DNA of 64,000 nucleotides, taken from the sequence record MT446392.1; one strand, written 5' to 3'. The notes below the pieces were generated by a model. The model searched no databases. It was not told the DNA's origin and was given only the letters and a program-made list of their open reading frames with translations. Position numbers and translations under genes: made by a program. Below, one piece after another: positions 61,405 through 64,000 of this stretch; positions within the stretch are counted from its first letter, which is position 1; every line of letters begins with the position of its first letter. The DNA comes from Escherichia virus TH15.

Positions 61405-61774
61405 TTTCGTAACAGGTCGTGGGTCTGAGGTGGATTCATACATTGGGTGGCTATTAACCTCTTTAGCATATTTTAAGTCCGCCCATCTTGAAACCAAAAG
61501 TTACGCCCGCCATAAAGCTTATGATTTCTACTTCACAGAAATCCAAGGTCCACTCGACCAGTTCAGTGAGCAATGGTTAGGTTACAGCGGGAAACAATAC
61601 AAAGCTGCATTACCGTCCGCCTCGGACTTGCCGAAAGATACAATTTTGTTTTTAGATGAAATGATTAAAAGCTCGGAAAGAGTCTATAAAGTTGTACCCA
61701 AGGCTATTCAATCGACTCTGGACGATATCGTTGGAGTTTTCTTTCAGACTAAGTATCTGTTAACACTAGAGTAA
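61391..61774 (+). CDS. hypothetical protein
   Basis: 127 aa. Confidence 0.5.
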   Translation: MKFDDFVTGRGSEVDSYIGWLLTSLAYFKSAHLETKSYARHKAYDFYFTEIQGPLDQFSEQWLGYSGKQYKAALPSASDLPKDTILFLDEMIKSSERVYKVVPKAIQSTLDDIVGVFFQTKYLLTLE

Positions 61775-61780
61775 TTCAAA

Positions 61781-61808
61781 AGGTCTGCCTTCGGGTGGAC
61801 CTTTTTTC
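61781..61808 (+). terminator. intrinsic terminator (GGTC...GACC hairpin plus T6)
   Basis: Read directly. Confidence 0.6.
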
Positions 61809-61816
61809 ATTTAGGG

Positions 61817-61852
61817 GTTTACATCCTCATAAAAAGGGTGTACTATTATCCC
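61817..61852 (+). promoter_or_regulatory. early promoter region (GTTTAC, GTGTAC) with TATCCCATCAACTACTGAGG leader
   Basis: -10 assignment ambiguous. Confidence 0.35.
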
Positions 61853-61874
61853 ATCAACTACTGAGGAGAACACA

Positions 61875-62078
61875 ATGAGAATTAAAAATATCAAGATTGA
61901 TGCAGTTAATACTGGTGATGAGGTTGTTATCTATCTTAATGATTATGCAATCTTTATGGACAGTGCCACTGATGAAGAAGTGGTTGAACTCTTACAGAAA
62001 GCTCCATTTGAACTGTGTGAAGAAGATGCTACTCATCTTTCATCAGCAATTTTCTCATTATCATATGTGGTGGAATAA
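61875..62078 (+). CDS. hypothetical small acidic protein
   Basis: 67 aa. Confidence 0.45.
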   Translation: MRIKNIKIDAVNTGDEVVIYLNDYAIFMDSATDEEVVELLQKAPFELCEEDATHLSSAIFSLSYVVE

Positions 62079-62314
62079 TGAAACTTACAAATACCATGGT
62101 TTCATTGGAATATGAAACCAATAATCATATTCTTGAAATTAAGATATTTGATGACAGAAGCATATTTGCTGATTACAGGGGGTACAGAATCCGCTTGGAA
62201 AAGGAACAGCTTAAAGATGTTGAGCTTTTTAAAGAAACATTAAAAAGTTGCGGGTGTAAACTGAAAAATACTCAAGTCCAAGAATTAATTTCTACCATTA
62301 TCAAATACTGGTGA
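62078..62314 (+). CDS. hypothetical protein
   Basis: 78 aa. Confidence 0.45.
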   Translation: MKLTNTMVSLEYETNNHILEIKIFDDRSIFADYRGYRIRLEKEQLKDVELFKETLKSCGCKLKNTQVQELISTIIKYW

Positions 62315-62317
62315 TAT

Positions 62318-62500
62318 ATGATTACTTTAGAACAAATTGAAAAAATTATTAAACTCGCTCGCGATATTGAAATTGACTCATATGAACTAGCTGTTGAACA
62401 TTGCGAAGGATATTCATATTCTGGGATAGAGCAGTGCAAACGTGATTTAAATGGTTCTAAAGAAAAATTAGTCGCTTATCTAAACGAGTTGAAAGCATAA
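62318..62500 (+). CDS. hypothetical protein
   Basis: 60 aa. Confidence 0.4.
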   Translation: MITLEQIEKIIKLARDIEIDSYELAVEHCEGYSYSGIEQCKRDLNGSKEKLVAYLNELKA

Positions 62501-62757
62501 TGGCTGTTGGATTTGCAAAAGATGGTGCTGAACAGTTAGAGATGGAAGCGGTTGTACAAGCCGCTATCACCCATGCGAGAGCACAGGTTTCAGTTGAAAG
62601 GGAGTCTGCTAAATTCTGTTTTGACTGCGATGAAAAAATTCCTGAAGCGCGGAGACAAGCGATTAAAGGTGTGATATATTGTGTTGGTTGCCAATCAATG
62701 CATGATAAAGTTTTTAAACGTGAGCCACGTAACTGTTGGCATAGGAGCATGAGATGA
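62500..62757 (+). CDS. TraR/DksA-like C4 zinc-finger protein
   Basis: 85 aa; CFDC...17 aa...CVGC. Confidence 0.5.
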   Translation: MAVGFAKDGAEQLEMEAVVQAAITHARAQVSVERESAKFCFDCDEKIPEARRQAIKGVIYCVGCQSMHDKVFKREPRNCWHRSMR

Positions 62758-62848
62758 TTTACTATCTTGAACCTTGGGCTTGGTTAATAATGGCTGTAGG
62801 GCCTGTTTTAATTGGTTTATTCTTTTCATGGTTAGCGAGGAAACTGTA

Positions 62849-63064
62849 ATGTTATACGACCCTAGTGGTAATTCTGAAAATGGTGTGATTGTTCTGGAGC
62901 CTGAGCATCCGACTGGTGATGTATACCGTACCGTTGAAGTGTGTGAATGTAATTTCGTTGAAGGAAATACCGGTGGGATTTCCATTGAGCAAGATGATGA
63001 TGTTATTTACCTGGATGCAAGCCAAGTAGAAGCTCTTTATAGTATTTTAAAACATAACCGTTAA
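62849..63064 (+). CDS. hypothetical small acidic protein
   Basis: 71 aa from ATG 62849 with SD GAGGAAA. Confidence 0.45.
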   Translation: MLYDPSGNSENGVIVLEPEHPTGDVYRTVEVCECNFVEGNTGGISIEQDDDVIYLDASQVEALYSILKHNR

Positions 63065-63076
63065 GAGGAAATTAAA

Positions 63077-63631
63077 ATGATTATTGAAAAATCTGGGTTG
63101 TTTGGTGACCTGACTGCCGATGTAATTGATAATGCAATCGTGCTTAAACAAGAAGATGATACAGTCGTTTTGACCATTCAAGATATTCAGAACCTGTACG
63201 AGTTGTCTGTTATTGATGCAGAGCAGTATATTCGAACTCGTAATCGTGTCTTTAAAATTAACGATGAAGTTGTGGCTTGGTTGTATCGAGGTGAAAATGG
63301 CTTTAATCTGGAAACCGAATGGGCTTGTTTATCCATTAAAAACCGTTCAGAATTTTTAGAGAAAATTTTTAAACTCTTCCAAGAAGAGTGTGTACCTGAG
63401 CTCGAATGGAAAATCCCCGGTTGTGATGCTATTATACATTCAAGCGAAACCTTTGAAGGTGATGAAGAAGGTGATTATAATACTGAATTCAGTGTCTACC
63501 AATATCAAGGTCGCGATATGTTATCTATCATCCAGACCCACGGTGGTGAAGCTGAAGTAGTATTCACTAAAGACGAATTAAAAGTTCTGGTAAAATACCT
63601 GAACACTGTTATCCCAACTATGAACCCTTAA
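63077..63631 (+). CDS. hypothetical protein
   Basis: 184 aa. Confidence 0.5.
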   Translation: MIIEKSGLFGDLTADVIDNAIVLKQEDDTVVLTIQDIQNLYELSVIDAEQYIRTRNRVFKINDEVVAWLYRGENGFNLETEWACLSIKNRSEFLEKIFKLFQEECVPELEWKIPGCDAIIHSSETFEGDEEGDYNTEFSVYQYQGRDMLSIIQTHGGEAEVVFTKDELKVLVKYLNTVIPTMNP

Positions 63632-63641
63632 GGAAAATATT

Positions 63642-64000
63642 ATGATTATCAATACAAACTCTTGGCACGCTAAATTACACGACCGTTTTTATGACCGTCA
63701 TTCTCGACCACACTCTTTGTGTGCTTACTTCTGGAAAATTGTATGGGCCTGTTTTGTTTGTGCAGGTTTTATTGGCAGTACAGTCTTCTGCTTAACTGTT
63801 GCAGGTGCTGGTGTATTGGAGCAGTTCTTTGTATTAAGTATTCCGGTTGGTTTAGGGCTAGGGTTTATTTTAGGACTGGCTACAATGGCTATTATTCTGG
63901 CGGTAGTATTTGGTTTAATGTATGGTCTAATGAATTTATGGTCCTGGTATGATTTACGTAAAGAAGAAAAAGAATGGGAACGAATTAAAGCTGGGCGTGA
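63642..64000 (+). CDS. hypothetical membrane protein, 3'-truncated at window edge
   Basis: My own translation from ATG 63642 gives MIINTNSWHAKLH... with two hydrophobic helices and no stop to window end; not in ORF track. Confidence 0.45.
   Translation, partial: MIINTNSWHAKLHDRFYDRHSRPHSLCAYFWKIVWACFVCAGFIGSTVFCLTVAGAGVLEQFFVLSIPVGLGLGFILGLATMAIILAVVFGLMYGLMNLWSWYDLRKEEKEWERIKAGR

Noticed and set aside
63719-63952. 77-aa Cys/Leu-rich ORF from the track
   Set aside because: A different frame starting at ATG 63642 with ribosome site gives a clean membrane protein continuing to the window end; the track ORF is its out-of-frame shadow

Overview
This window is a T4-like (T-even type) myovirus genome segment, in reverse orientation relative to the usual T4 map. 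All homology calls are from reading the supplied ORF translations against remembered T4 protein sequences and motifs; no database search, alignment or tRNA-folding software was run, and several ORF-track starts are non-ATG codons that I re-set to the first plausible ATG with a Shine-Dalgarno. Layout: (1) 1-8300: a 5'-truncated ORF (possibly inh), hoc, then a minus-strand two-gene cassette not present in T4 (a collagen-like protein and a second Hoc-like protein) driven by a consensus late promoter, two small ORFs, rnlB, and two tandem gene-24 paralogs. (2) 8300-38400: a GIY-YIG homing endonuclease, then the contiguous late structural block on the minus strand (23, 22, 21, 68, 67, 20, 19, 18, 17, 16, 15, 14, 13, wac, 12, 11, 10, 9, 8, 7, 6, 5.4, 5, 53) with TATAAATA late promoters and terminators. 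(3) 38400-64000: plus-strand genes 4, 2, 3, 1, 57A, 57B, five internal-protein-like genes, two tRNAs plus tRNA-like remnants, and a long plastic early region containing nudE, an HNH homing endonuclease overlapping e (lysozyme), denV, two more internal-protein-like genes, tk, many small unknown ORFs in tandem paralog families, a TARG1-like macro-domain protein and secreted or lipoprotein candidates. The most interesting candidates for something undescribed are the late collagen-like plus Hoc-like cassette, the tandem array of five small proteins ending in W-x-S-S-x-x-C, and the macro-domain protein.
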